Of a DNA stretch of 64,000 bases, positions 20,419 to 29,830 are shown piece after piece. The position numbers and the translations under genes are program-made. Within the stretch, counting starts at the first letter, position 1; the number at the start of each line of letters is the position of its first letter. This DNA is from Thermoleophilia bacterium (GTDB taxonomy: Bacteria > Actinomycetota > Thermoleophilia > RBG-16-64-13), in assembly GCA_040772905.1 (NCBI GenBank), contig JAXGXJ010000015.1, positions 465-64,464 of the forward strand. Direction: 5' to 3'. The notes under the pieces were generated by a model that worked only from the letters and a program-made list of their open reading frames with translations, had not been told where the DNA came from and searched no databases.

Positions 20419-21675
20419 ATGGACAGCACAGCCGAGATGATCTTCACCGGCGACGAACTGCTGCGTGGCGACGCGGTGAACACCAACCAGGTGTTCTTGG
20501 GAGAGCGGCTTCTCGACCTAGGGGTCTTCCCCACGCACGCCCTCTGTGTGGTTGACGATCTGAGTCGCATCGTCACGGCCATCCGCGAGAGTCTGGTGCG
20601 CAAGCCGCTGGCGCTCATCCTCTCCGGTGGTCTCGGGCCCACCGAGGACGACCTCACACGGGAGGCCGTAGCTGAGGCCCTGGACCTGCCCCTCGAGCAT
20701 CACGAGGATCTCCTCGAACAGATCCGAGAGCGCTTCGCGCGCCGCGACTTCGTCATGACCCCTAGCAATCGCAAGCAGGCCTCCCTCCCGTCGGGAGCGA
20801 CTGTCATCCCCATAGCCGGCACAGCTCCCGGGTTCATCGTGGACGCGGGCGATACGCTGGTGATCGCTCTTCCTGGAGTGCCCTGGGAGATGAAGGAGAT
20901 GTGGGCCGGCACGGTGGAACCGCTGTTGCGCTCACGCCTGCTCGCGCGGGGCGACGTGCCTCACGCCATCCGTCGCATCCGCACCTTCGGCATAGGGGAA
21001 TCGCTGGCGGCCGACCTCCTGGCGGACCTCGAGTGGCGCGGCGCCGCCGTGGACATAGGCACGCGCGCCAGCGTCGACGGCCTCTCCATCGTCCTGCAGG
21101 CCGCGGCGACTCCCGAGGGCCTCATCAGCCTGGATGCCGTGCAGACACGCGTGTGCGAGCTCCTGGGCGAGCGGGTGTTCGGTGTCGATTCTCCGGGCCT
21201 GCCCGAGGTCGTGGGGCGGATGCTGGCTGAAGACGGGCTCACTGTCGCCACAGCCGAGTCGTGCACCGGAGGGCTGGTGGCCAAGTATCTCACCGACATC
21301 CCCGGCAGCAGCGAGTATGTGACCGGGGGCGTGGTGACCTACGCCGACTCGGCCAAGACCACGCTCTTGGGAGTGAAAGAGCAGACCCTGGCCTCCCACG
21401 GAGCCGTCAGCCGTGAGGTGGCGGAGGAGATGGCGCTCGGAGTCGCACGCGTGTTGGGAGCCGACTGCTCTCTGTCCACCACCGGAGTGGCCGGTCCCGG
21501 AGGCGGCACCGAGACCAAGCCCGTGGGGCTGGTCTACGTCGGCGCCGTCGTGGACGGGGTCGCGGAGGTGGAGGAGCTGCGGCTCTTCGGGCGGCGTGAG
21601 CAGGTGCGCGAGCGCGCGGCCCTCAGCTGCCTCGACCTCCTGCGCCGTCGATTGCTGGCGCGCCGGCAGGTGTAG
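20419..21675 (+). CDS. cinA: CinA-family protein (MoCF-binding domain plus C-terminal nicotinamide-nucleotide amidohydrolase PncC domain)
   Basis: 418 aa with typical CinA N- and C-domain sequence (TGDELLRGD...; ATAESCTGGLVAKYLTDIPGSS). Confidence 0.85.
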   Translation: MDSTAEMIFTGDELLRGDAVNTNQVFLGERLLDLGVFPTHALCVVDDLSRIVTAIRESLVRKPLALILSGGLGPTEDDLTREAVAEALDLPLEHHEDLLEQIRERFARRDFVMTPSNRKQASLPSGATVIPIAGTAPGFIVDAGDTLVIALPGVPWEMKEMWAGTVEPLLRSRLLARGDVPHAIRRIRTFGIGESLAADLLADLEWRGAAVDIGTRASVDGLSIVLQAAATPEGLISLDAVQTRVCELLGERVFGVDSPGLPEVVGRMLAEDGLTVATAESCTGGLVAKYLTDIPGSSEYVTGGVVTYADSAKTTLLGVKEQTLASHGAVSREVAEEMALGVARVLGADCSLSTTGVAGPGGGTETKPVGLVYVGAVVDGVAEVEELRLFGRREQVRERAALSCLDLLRRRLLARRQV

Positions 21676-21744
21676 GTGCACGGCGGGCCTGGATGCCGGG
21701 CCTCCGGACAGCGTCGCCGCGCTTGTAGCTGAGGCACTCCTCTT

Positions 21745-23067
21745 CTAGTAGTACACGTCCACCGGGAGGCCCATGGGCAACTCCCGATAGAGGTCGTCGG
21801 TCAACCATATGGGCGTACGGACGCAGCCATGGCTGGCTGGATATGACGGCACGCTCTTCGACCCGTGGATGGCGATGTGGGGCATGATGTACGAGGGTGA
21901 GTACATCCAGCCCACGGGCACGTGCACCCAGCCGGGATCCTTGCGGTACACCCTGCCGTGACCGGTGGGCGTACCCAGCTTGCCTGTGGACACATGGACC
22001 ACCTTGACCACCTGGTCAGCCTCGATCATGAACAACACCTGGCGCCTGAGATCGACCTCTGCCCTCATCCCGGGCGCGGACAGGCGTGGCGCGGGCGTAC
22101 CGGTGGCGAAGAGCCGCTCCCAGAACGCGGTGTCGGCGACGCCGTCCCGGGGCAGACGCTCCACCTTCTTGAAGGCCATCACCGCATCGCGGGTGCGATA
22201 GTCATAGAGACCATCCTCCGGACCGCAGGGATATCCCAGCGCAGTCAGCCTGGCCTCGAGTATCTGGACCAGGATGCCTTCGCTGCCGGATGACTGCCGC
22301 GCATACCGCTCCGCCGGCAGCTCGGCCGGATACTCGGTCTTGGGCGCGAGCGGCTGATAGAACGCCCGGTGGAGCAAGACCACCATCTGTGCACGCGTGA
22401 GCGGCAGACCGGGATACAACCAACCCCCGGAGGAGCCGGCCATGATCCCCAGCCGATAGGCTTCGGCCACGGCCCACGCGTGCTCGCCGGCCACAGTGCC
22501 ACGGTCACGAAAGGCGGCGAGCCACGGACCGGTGGGGGCGTCGTCGTCGGAAAGCGACACGTCGGAGCGCATGCCTGTCGCGAGGCCGTAGCCGATCGCC
22601 TCGACAATGAGAGAGGCCGCCTGCTGCCGACTGACCGCCGTGTCGGGAAGGAAGCGATTGCGGCTGTCTCCTGACACCAAGCCCGCCCAGTAGAGGGCGC
22701 TCACCGACCCGTAGCACCAGTCCAAGCTGGTGAGGTCGCTGAAAGGTGCGCTCTGAGACGGCGGCAGGCTGAGGATGCGGGTCAGCAAGGCGGCAAACTG
22801 CCCCCGGGTCACCGGTTGCTGCGGACCGAAACTGCCATCCGGCCTGCCCTGCACCACCCCGCGCGCGGCAAGCTCTTCCAGGGCAGGCGCGAAGTACTCG
22901 TCCCCGGAGACGTCGCTGAAGGTGGATGTCGGATCTGGACTCTGCGCCTCCGCCCGTGCCGGGGCGGGCACGAAGACCATCGCGAAGGTGAGAGCGCAGG
23001 CACAGACGGCCGCGGCGGCCGATACCCTCCAGTCCGTCCTGGGCTTTGAGAGCCGTGGTGATCGCAT
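21745..23067 (-). CDS. Secreted L,D-transpeptidase (YkuD domain) with N-terminal SLH repeats and a PG_binding_1 domain
   Basis: Signal peptide MRSPRLSKPRTDWRVSAAAAVCACALTFAMVFVPAPARA. It has SLH-like repeats (FSDVSGDEYFAPALEELAARGVVQG; FSDLTSLDWCYGSVSALYWAGLVSG), a PG-binding segment (LGYPCGPEDGLYDYRTRDAVMAFK), and the Ldt catalytic motif HGSKSVPSYPASHGCVRTP. Confidence 0.75.
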   Translation of the reverse strand: MRSPRLSKPRTDWRVSAAAAVCACALTFAMVFVPAPARAEAQSPDPTSTFSDVSGDEYFAPALEELAARGVVQGRPDGSFGPQQPVTRGQFAALLTRILSLPPSQSAPFSDLTSLDWCYGSVSALYWAGLVSGDSRNRFLPDTAVSRQQAASLIVEAIGYGLATGMRSDVSLSDDDAPTGPWLAAFRDRGTVAGEHAWAVAEAYRLGIMAGSSGGWLYPGLPLTRAQMVVLLHRAFYQPLAPKTEYPAELPAERYARQSSGSEGILVQILEARLTALGYPCGPEDGLYDYRTRDAVMAFKKVERLPRDGVADTAFWERLFATGTPAPRLSAPGMRAEVDLRRQVLFMIEADQVVKVVHVSTGKLGTPTGHGRVYRKDPGWVHVPVGWMYSPSYIMPHIAIHGSKSVPSYPASHGCVRTPIWLTDDLYRELPMGLPVDVYY

Positions 23068-23189
23068 GACGGTTTTGGTTCGCCGAGGGCAGGCATAATC
23101 CTCCGCCCTTCAGGGTATGGAGCCTCAGGCTTGTGTAATAGAATGGTCATCCGACAGCGGCAGCCCAGCCACGCGAGAAAGGCGAAGAC

Positions 23190-23444
23190 ATGGACCAGCC
23201 CGAAGTGTTCATCTACGCACTCAGCACCTGCGGACACTGCAGGAACGCCAAGAGGCTTCTGGACGAGAACGGCGTCAAATACGATTTCGTCGACGTCGAT
23301 CTCTTACCCAAGGACGAACTCAACAAGATCTTGGATGAAGTGCGCAAACTGAACCCGTCCACCTCGTTCCCCACGATCAAGATCGGCGACAAGGTCATCG
23401 TGGGCTACCAGGAGTTGGCCATCCTGGAGGCGCTCGGGAGATGA
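23190..23444 (+). CDS. Glutaredoxin/NrdH-like small redoxin with a CGHC active site
   Basis: 84 aa with a thioredoxin-fold pattern (VFIYALSTCGHCRNAKRLL...PTIKIGDKVIVGYQEL). RBS GAAAGG. It overlaps the next gene by 4 bp. Confidence 0.75.
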   Translation: MDQPEVFIYALSTCGHCRNAKRLLDENGVKYDFVDVDLLPKDELNKILDEVRKLNPSTSFPTIKIGDKVIVGYQELAILEALGR

Positions 23445-23776
23445 ACACGCCCGAAGAACTCTACGAGCGACTGAAGAAGGTCAATGAACCGAAGGGCTAC
23501 TTCTTCAACCGCGACACCGCCATGGTCATGGAGTTGCTCGGCGGCCTGATCACCAACCGGGAACGCTACGGTTACATGTGCTGTCCCTGCCGCCTTGCCT
23601 CCGGAGATCGGGCAGCGGACAAGGACATCATCTGCCCCTGCGACTATCGCGAAGCCGACGTGGCCGAGTACGGGTCCTGCTACTGCGCTCTGTACGTCTC
23701 CAAGGAATGGAACGAGGACGAGGTGCCTCACGCCACCGTGCCTGAGCGGCGTCCTCGCGAGCGCATGCCCTATTGA
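23441..23776 (+). CDS. Ferredoxin:thioredoxin reductase catalytic-subunit-like protein (FTR-B / FDR family)
   Basis: 111 aa with the arrangement CPC...CPC...CYC (MCCPCRLASG...IICPCDYREADVAEYGSCYCALYV), as in FTR catalytic chains but with CYC in place of the CHC motif. Confidence 0.7.
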   Translation: MNTPEELYERLKKVNEPKGYFFNRDTAMVMELLGGLITNRERYGYMCCPCRLASGDRAADKDIICPCDYREADVAEYGSCYCALYVSKEWNEDEVPHATVPERRPRERMPY

Positions 23777-23810
23777 AAGTCGGGCACTCAGGGGCGCGCG
23801 ACACTTGTGC

Positions 23811-23837
23811 GGGGCGGCGGTCTTCGACCGCCGCCCC
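23811..23837 (+). terminator. Hairpin terminator after the FTR-like gene (11-bp perfect GC stem GGGGCGGCGGT/ACCGCCGCCCC, 5-nt loop)
   Basis: Read from the sequence. There is no U-tract, which is common in high-GC genomes. Confidence 0.5.
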
Positions 23838-23914
23838 GCTACGTGTAGAACGCCCCATTGGCGTTTGTTATCCTAGGTATCCCTCGAACCACCGCGCCGT
23901 CCCGGCGCACGCTT

Positions 23915-25540
23915 ATGGAGGCAGGTTTGGACGACCCAAGTGACGCCAAGGTCCTCGTAGCCGAGTTGCTCGGCGAAGACGCCATCGCCCGGCTCGCGGA
24001 AGTGTGCCAGGTGGACGTCAAGTACGGGCTCAGCGCCGAAGAGATGCGCGCGGTCATCCCCGCATACGACGGCATAGTCGTGCGCAGCGAGACTCAGGTC
24101 GACAAGGATCTGCTGGACGCTGCGACCAAGTTGCGCATCGTCGGTCGGGCCGGTTCCGGCCTGGATAACATCGACGTGCCCTACGCCACACAGAAGGGCG
24201 TCATCGTCTGCAACACGCCCGAGAGCAACATCGTGTCGGCGGCCGAGCACACCATCGCCCTGCTCCTTGCCAGCAGCCGCAACATCCCCTGGGCGGACCG
24301 CTTCATCAAGAGCGGCAAGTGGGGTCGCAAACAGTTCGAGGGAAGCGAACTCTACGGCAAGACGCTGGGCATCATCGGTCTGGGGCGCATCGGCGGGTTG
24401 GTGGCGCAGCGGGCCCGCGGCTTCTCCATGCGGGTGATCGCGTACGACCCCTATATCGCCGACGGCCGTTTCGCCAACCTCAACGTGGAGAAGCGGGAGA
24501 CGCTGGAACAGCTTCTGCGCGATTCGGATTTCATCACCATCCACACCCCGCGCAACAAGGAGACCATGAACATCATCGACGCGCCTCAGATCGCGATGAT
24601 GAAGCCGGGGGTGCGTCTGGTCAACTGCGCCCGCGGCGGACTCTACAACGAGCAGGCGCTGTACGACGCGCTCAAGTCAGGCCACGTCGCCTCGCTGGGT
24701 GTGGACACCTGGGTCAACGAACCGCAGGACAGTCATCCTCTCTACGAGTTCGACAACGTGGTCGGTACGCCGCACCTGGGTGCCTCCACGTTCGAGGCCT
24801 CGCGCCGCGTGGGCCAGGAGGTGGCGGAGGAGGTCATCAGCGGCCTCCGCGGCCAGATCGTCAAGAACGCGGTGAACATCCCCGCCCTCACCGACGACGC
24901 CTTCGCCAAACTGAGCGCGTTCATCGGGTTGGCGGAGCAGATGGGCATCCTCTATCGCGAGATCCGCGGGCGCAAGGTCCGCCGGGTGGATATAGTCTTC
25001 GCGGGCAAGGAGATCGACGCATCCGAGGACGCCAAGATCCTCTCCGTGGTCGCGCTCAAGGGGATCCTCGAGGGCAGCATGACCTCGGGCATCGTCAACT
25101 TCGTCAACGCCAACTTCCTCGCTGAGCAGAACGGCATCGAGGTCAGCGAAAGCATCAGCCTCGACAGCGGCGACTACCGTAACCTCATCCGCATGGAAGT
25201 CACGGAGGGCGACGGCAAGGTGTTCGTCGTCGCCGGTACGGTGCTGGAGCGCAAACATCCGCGCATCGTGCAGATAGACGACTACGCCATCACCTTCATC
25301 CCTGAAGGCACCATGGCCTACGTGCCGCACCGCAATGTCCCCGGGGTCATCGGTTGGGTGGCCACCACCATGGGGCAGTACGACGTCAACATCTCCAAGA
25401 TGGTCACGTCCACGATATCCGTCGGCGGCAACGAGGAGTCCATCATGATCCTCAACCTCGACGGTGACGTGCCCCAAGCCGCCATAGACAAATGCTTGGA
25501 AGCCGCCGACATCCACGAGATCAGGATCGTACACCTGTGA
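23915..25540 (+). CDS. serA: D-3-phosphoglycerate dehydrogenase (with ASB and ACT regulatory domains)
   Basis: It has an NAD-binding GIIGLGRIGGLVAQRA motif, catalytic 2-hydroxyacid DH motifs, and a C-terminal ACT domain. The start is uncertain: ATG 23915 has no RBS, and TTG 23928 has GGAGG 5 nt upstream. Confidence 0.85.
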   Translation: MEAGLDDPSDAKVLVAELLGEDAIARLAEVCQVDVKYGLSAEEMRAVIPAYDGIVVRSETQVDKDLLDAATKLRIVGRAGSGLDNIDVPYATQKGVIVCNTPESNIVSAAEHTIALLLASSRNIPWADRFIKSGKWGRKQFEGSELYGKTLGIIGLGRIGGLVAQRARGFSMRVIAYDPYIADGRFANLNVEKRETLEQLLRDSDFITIHTPRNKETMNIIDAPQIAMMKPGVRLVNCARGGLYNEQALYDALKSGHVASLGVDTWVNEPQDSHPLYEFDNVVGTPHLGASTFEASRRVGQEVAEEVISGLRGQIVKNAVNIPALTDDAFAKLSAFIGLAEQMGILYREIRGRKVRRVDIVFAGKEIDASEDAKILSVVALKGILEGSMTSGIVNFVNANFLAEQNGIEVSESISLDSGDYRNLIRMEVTEGDGKVFVVAGTVLERKHPRIVQIDDYAITFIPEGTMAYVPHRNVPGVIGWVATTMGQYDVNISKMVTSTISVGGNEESIMILNLDGDVPQAAIDKCLEAADIHEIRIVHL

Positions 25541-25656
25541 TCGCCGCCCGGCACCGTTCAGGCAGCGAAAGGAGGCCGAAGGACCGCATCGAGCTCCACT
25601 CCCAACCCACGACGCCGGATGATCGTCCATCAATAGACTGTGAGGTGCATCGACCC

Positions 25657-26982
25657 ATGCGAAAGACCAGGCCTTCTCGCGCGCTTGTAGCGGGCATGCT
25701 CGTACTGCTGCTCGTGGCGCTTGCCTTCGTCATCGCCGCGTGCGGTGACGACGAGGTCCAGACCACCACTACCGCCGCGGCCGGAGAAAGCACGACCACC
25801 ACTGCGGCCGGCACGTCATCGACCTCTCAGCCGGCAGAGTCCTCGAGCACCACAGCCCCCGCTGCCGACGAGGAGTTCACTATCGGCATGCTCTACGTGG
25901 GCCCGTATAACGACCATGGCTGGAGCCAGGCCAACTACGAGGGCGGGAGATACGTCGAAGAGAAACTCCCCGGCACCAAGATGATCTATGTGGACAAGGT
26001 CAACAGCGCCGACCGGCCGGGCACCACTCCCGAGCAGTTGGCCCAAGACCTGGTCGACCAGGGCGCCCAGATGATCTTCTTCACCTCCGACGATATGAAG
26101 GACGGCGCCTACGCCTTCGCCAGGGCCAACCCCGACATCCCCGTGCTCTTCACCTCCGGCGACGGGGCCTGGAAGGATGGCAAGGACTATCAGGACCTGC
26201 CGAACCTGAGCAACATCATGGGCAAGATGGAGTACGGCAAGATGATCGCCGGCGCCGCAGCCGCCCTCACCACTCAGACAGGCAAGATCGGGTTCCTTGG
26301 ACCCCTGATCAACGATGAGACCCGCCGCCTCGCCGCGTCCGCCTATCTTGGCGCCCGCTACGCTTGGACCGAGTACCTGGGCAAAGACCCGGCCGCCCTC
26401 ACCTTCACGGTCAACTGGATCGGCTTCTGGTTCAACATCCCCGGCGTGACCTCCGATCCCACCCAGGTGGCCGACAACTTCTTCAACCAGAATTACGACG
26501 TGGTCATCTCGGGCATCGATACCACCGAGGCACTGGTCGAGGCCGGCAAGATGGCGCAGGCCGGCAAACAGGTCTGGGCCATCCCCTACGACTTCATCGG
26601 GTCTTTGGCGGAAGCTCCCAGTGTGGCTCTGGGTGTCCCCTACTTCAACTGGGGACCGTCGTACCTGAAGGCCGTCACCGCCGCCCGTGAGGGGCAGTGG
26701 TCCAGCTTCTTCGAATGGGTCGACCCCGACTGGAACGACATCAACAACCCGGACAGCTCCATCGTGGGCTTCGAGAAGGGCGAGGGTCTGTCGGCAGACG
26801 CAGCAGCCAAGATCGACGAGTTCATCGCCGAGCTGGCCGGCGGTCTGAACCTGTGGAAGGGCCCGCTCAATCTGCAGGACGGCACTGAGTTCCTCAAAGA
26901 CGGGGAGGAGGCGACCGACCAGCAGATCTGGTACCTGCCGCAGCTGCTGGAAGGCATGGAAGGCCAGAGCGTCTCCGAGTAG
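25657..26982 (+). CDS. BMP-family (PnrA/Med-like) ABC transporter substrate-binding lipoprotein
   Basis: Start is MRKTRPSR, with a lipobox LAFVIAAC followed by a Thr/Ser-rich linker. The body is typical of basic-membrane-protein (nucleoside-binding) SBPs. Confidence 0.8.
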   Translation: MRKTRPSRALVAGMLVLLLVALAFVIAACGDDEVQTTTTAAAGESTTTTAAGTSSTSQPAESSSTTAPAADEEFTIGMLYVGPYNDHGWSQANYEGGRYVEEKLPGTKMIYVDKVNSADRPGTTPEQLAQDLVDQGAQMIFFTSDDMKDGAYAFARANPDIPVLFTSGDGAWKDGKDYQDLPNLSNIMGKMEYGKMIAGAAAALTTQTGKIGFLGPLINDETRRLAASAYLGARYAWTEYLGKDPAALTFTVNWIGFWFNIPGVTSDPTQVADNFFNQNYDVVISGIDTTEALVEAGKMAQAGKQVWAIPYDFIGSLAEAPSVALGVPYFNWGPSYLKAVTAAREGQWSSFFEWVDPDWNDINNPDSSIVGFEKGEGLSADAAAKIDEFIAELAGGLNLWKGPLNLQDGTEFLKDGEEATDQQIWYLPQLLEGMEGQSVSE

Positions 26983-27008
26983 TCTGAAGAACCTGTCCGA
27001 TCACGCAA

Positions 27009-27046
27009 GGAGAGAAGGGAGAGCGTCCGCGCCCTCCCTTCTCTCC
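27009..27046 (+). terminator. Strong inter-cistronic hairpin (13-bp stem GGAGAGAAGGGAG/CTCCCTTCTCTCC) between the SBP gene and the ABC ATPase gene
   Basis: A perfect inverted repeat 26 nt after the SBP stop, followed by TTC. This is the classic position for a partial terminator or stabiliser that raises SBP stoichiometry. Confidence 0.5.
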
Positions 27047-27080
27047 TTCACAGCCCCTCAGGAGCATCGGCTGGGAGCAG

Positions 27081-28544
27081 ATGGAAGTAACGCTACGCGA
27101 CATCCATAAGCATTTCGGGCCGGTGCGGGCCAACGACGGGGTCACGCTCACCATCCCCGCCGGGACCATACAGGGCGTCCTGGGCGAGAACGGGGCCGGC
27201 AAGAGCACGCTCATGAAGATCCTCTCCGGCTACCAGCCGGCGGACAGCGGAGAGGTCGTTCTCGACGGGCAGGCGGTGACCATGCAGTCGCCCGCCGACG
27301 CCATCAGGCACGGCGTGGGCATGCTGCACCAGGACCCCATGGATTTCCCGCCCATGCGCGTGGTGGACAACCTTCTCATAGGTGCGCCCGGGGGCCTCAT
27401 CCCCCGCAGGGCCCAGGCGGCGGCGGCCGTCACCGAGCAGGCGCGCGCCCTGGGGCTCGAAGTCGACCTCAAAGCCGAGGTTGGGTCTCTCACGGTGGGC
27501 GAACGGCAACAACTCGAGCTTGCCCGCCTCCTTTGGTTGGGCGCGAAAGTGCTCATCCTCGACGAGCCCACCACAGGCATCAGCGCGGTCCAAAGGACGC
27601 AGTTGTTCGACGCCCTGCGCCGCTTGGCCCAGCAGGGCAAGACCGTCATCTTCGTCTCTCACAAGCTGGAGGAGGTGCAGGATCTCTGCACCAGAGTAGC
27701 CGTCCTGCGCCAGGGCAAGCTGGTAGGTGAAGCCCTGCCCCCGTTCAGCGTGGACGGGCTCGTCTCCATGATGTTCGAGCGCGAGGTCACCCACGGGCAG
27801 CGCTACGCCTGCGCACCCGGAGCACCTGTGCTCGAGTTGTCCTCACTGTCGACGGAGCACGGGCGAATCCACATCCAAGGCCTCGACCTGCAGGTCCGCG
27901 CCGGCGAGACTATCGGCTTGGCCGGCATGGAGGGCAGCGGCCAGAGCATCCTGCTGCGCGCGTGCGCCGGTCTGGTCCCCACCACCGAGGGCAAGGTGGT
28001 CGTGGACGGCCGCGACCTGACGGGTAAGGCCTACCGCCAGTTCAAGAAGCGAGGCGTCGCCTACGTCCCCGCGGCACGATTGGAGGAGGGGCTCATCCCG
28101 GGGCTCAGCCTGTCCGAGCACTTCCTCCTGACGCAGCGGAAGCCAGGCCTGTTCATCGACCTCGAGCAGGGCAGGCGTGTGGCGGAGGAGCGCATCTCTC
28201 AGTACAACATCAGGGGTACGGCCACCAGCCGAGTGGAAGCCCTCTCGGGCGGCAACCAGCAGCGCGCGCTTCTGGCCTTGGTGAAGCCCGAGGCCCGTGT
28301 CCTCCTGCTGGAACACCCCACCCGGGGCTTGGACATCGAATCGGTCATCTATCTGTGGGGCAAACTGAAGGAGCGCTGTAACGGAGGTGGGGCCATCATC
28401 TTCACCTCCAGCGACCTGGACGAGCTGCTCCGCTACAGCGATCGCATCCTGGTCTTCTTCGCCGGACGGGTGTCGCAACCCCTCTCAGCGACCGAGACCA
28501 CCGTGGACAAGCTGGGCCAACTCATCGGAGGCAGCGGTGTCTGA
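27081..28544 (+). CDS. ABC transporter ATP-binding protein with duplicated ATPase domains (nucleoside/sugar CUT2-like)
   Basis: 487 aa with two Walker A sites (GENGAGKST; GMEGSGQS) and two signature motifs (LTVGERQQL; LSGGNQQR). Confidence 0.85.
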   Translation: MEVTLRDIHKHFGPVRANDGVTLTIPAGTIQGVLGENGAGKSTLMKILSGYQPADSGEVVLDGQAVTMQSPADAIRHGVGMLHQDPMDFPPMRVVDNLLIGAPGGLIPRRAQAAAAVTEQARALGLEVDLKAEVGSLTVGERQQLELARLLWLGAKVLILDEPTTGISAVQRTQLFDALRRLAQQGKTVIFVSHKLEEVQDLCTRVAVLRQGKLVGEALPPFSVDGLVSMMFEREVTHGQRYACAPGAPVLELSSLSTEHGRIHIQGLDLQVRAGETIGLAGMEGSGQSILLRACAGLVPTTEGKVVVDGRDLTGKAYRQFKKRGVAYVPAARLEEGLIPGLSLSEHFLLTQRKPGLFIDLEQGRRVAEERISQYNIRGTATSRVEALSGGNQQRALLALVKPEARVLLLEHPTRGLDIESVIYLWGKLKERCNGGGAIIFTSSDLDELLRYSDRILVFFAGRVSQPLSATETTVDKLGQLIGGSGV

Positions 28545-28567
28545 GTGCAGGTCGAAAGGAGACGGCC

Positions 28568-29830
28568 GTGGCTGAGAACCACGACCACGGAACTGCGTCG
28601 CGGCCGCGCGCGCGCAGCCGCGCGGCGCGCCTGCGGTGGCTCAACCTCGGGATGCAGGTCGGCGCGTTGGTGTTGGCCGTCCTCCTCACCACCATCATCC
28701 TCCTCATCGCCGGTGCGCCCCCCTTCCAGGCCTACAAAGAGATAGTGCTGGGAGCCGTCGGCTCGTTCGGCAACTTCTCCGACGTACTGGTGGCCTGGGT
28801 GCCTCTGCTGCTGGCAGCGGCCGGCGGACTGGTGACCTTCGCCGCCGGACTGTGGAACATCGGCATCGAAGGCCAGATCGTCTTGGGAGCGGTGCTGACC
28901 ACCTGGGTCATGCGCGTCCTGCAGGAGACCGCCCTGCACCCCGCTCTGATCATAGTCGTGGCCATCGTGGCCGGAATCGTGGGCGGAGCTCTGTGGGCGG
29001 CTTTGGCCGGCATCTTGAAGACGTTCGGCGGCGTGAACGAGATCTTCGGCGGGCTGGGCCTGAACTTCGTCGCCACGGCCCTCACCCTATGGCTCATCTT
29101 CGGTCCCTGGAAGCGCCCCGGCATCGGCTCCATGAGCGGCACTGAGCCTTTTCGGGCCGAGCTGACCCTCCCCACCATCGCCGGACAGCGCCTAAGCCTC
29201 TGGGCCTTGGGCTTGGGCATCCTAGCCGTCATCCTGGTGTACGTCGCCCTGGAGAGGACGTACTTCGGGTTGCGCTTGAAGGCAGTGGGCCGCAACAGCA
29301 GAGCGGCGTTCCTGCTGGGCATCCCCACGTGGCAGTACGGACTATTGGCCTTCCTCTTCTGCGGAGGCCTTGCCGGCCTTGCCGGCGCCCTGCAGGTCAC
29401 GAGCGTCTACTACCGACTCATCCCGTCCATATCCAGCGGGTATGGCTTCCTGGGGCTCATGATCGGCATGCTCATCGCCTACCGAGCCATCTGGGTGGCG
29501 CCGGTGGCCCTCTTCTTCGCCGCGCTCAACATCGGCAGCATCCAGCTGCCCATCGTCCTCAAGCTCGACTCTACCCTCTCCGGCGTGCTGCAGGGCGCCC
29601 TGGTCCTCCTGGTGGTGCTCATGGAGGGCGTCAGGCAGAGTTACCTACGCCGTGCCCGGCTGCGCACCGACGACCCCGGTCCCACCGGCACCGGTGACGA
29701 CACCACGGTCGAGGGCCTCACGCGGCCGCCGGAGACACCGGTGGTGATGGATGAGGACGACTTCGTCACGGCCCTCGCCCACCCGGCGCCGCGCACGCAG
29801 ACAGGCTTCCTGCGACCAGAGGAGGCGTGA
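28568..29830 (+). CDS. ABC transporter permease (BMP-system, YufP/NupB-like)
   Basis: A multi-TM hydrophobic protein in the same operon. The N-terminus is R-rich and cytoplasmic. Confidence 0.8.
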   Translation: MAENHDHGTASRPRARSRAARLRWLNLGMQVGALVLAVLLTTIILLIAGAPPFQAYKEIVLGAVGSFGNFSDVLVAWVPLLLAAAGGLVTFAAGLWNIGIEGQIVLGAVLTTWVMRVLQETALHPALIIVVAIVAGIVGGALWAALAGILKTFGGVNEIFGGLGLNFVATALTLWLIFGPWKRPGIGSMSGTEPFRAELTLPTIAGQRLSLWALGLGILAVILVYVALERTYFGLRLKAVGRNSRAAFLLGIPTWQYGLLAFLFCGGLAGLAGALQVTSVYYRLIPSISSGYGFLGLMIGMLIAYRAIWVAPVALFFAALNIGSIQLPIVLKLDSTLSGVLQGALVLLVVLMEGVRQSYLRRARLRTDDPGPTGTGDDTTVEGLTRPPETPVVMDEDDFVTALAHPAPRTQTGFLRPEEA

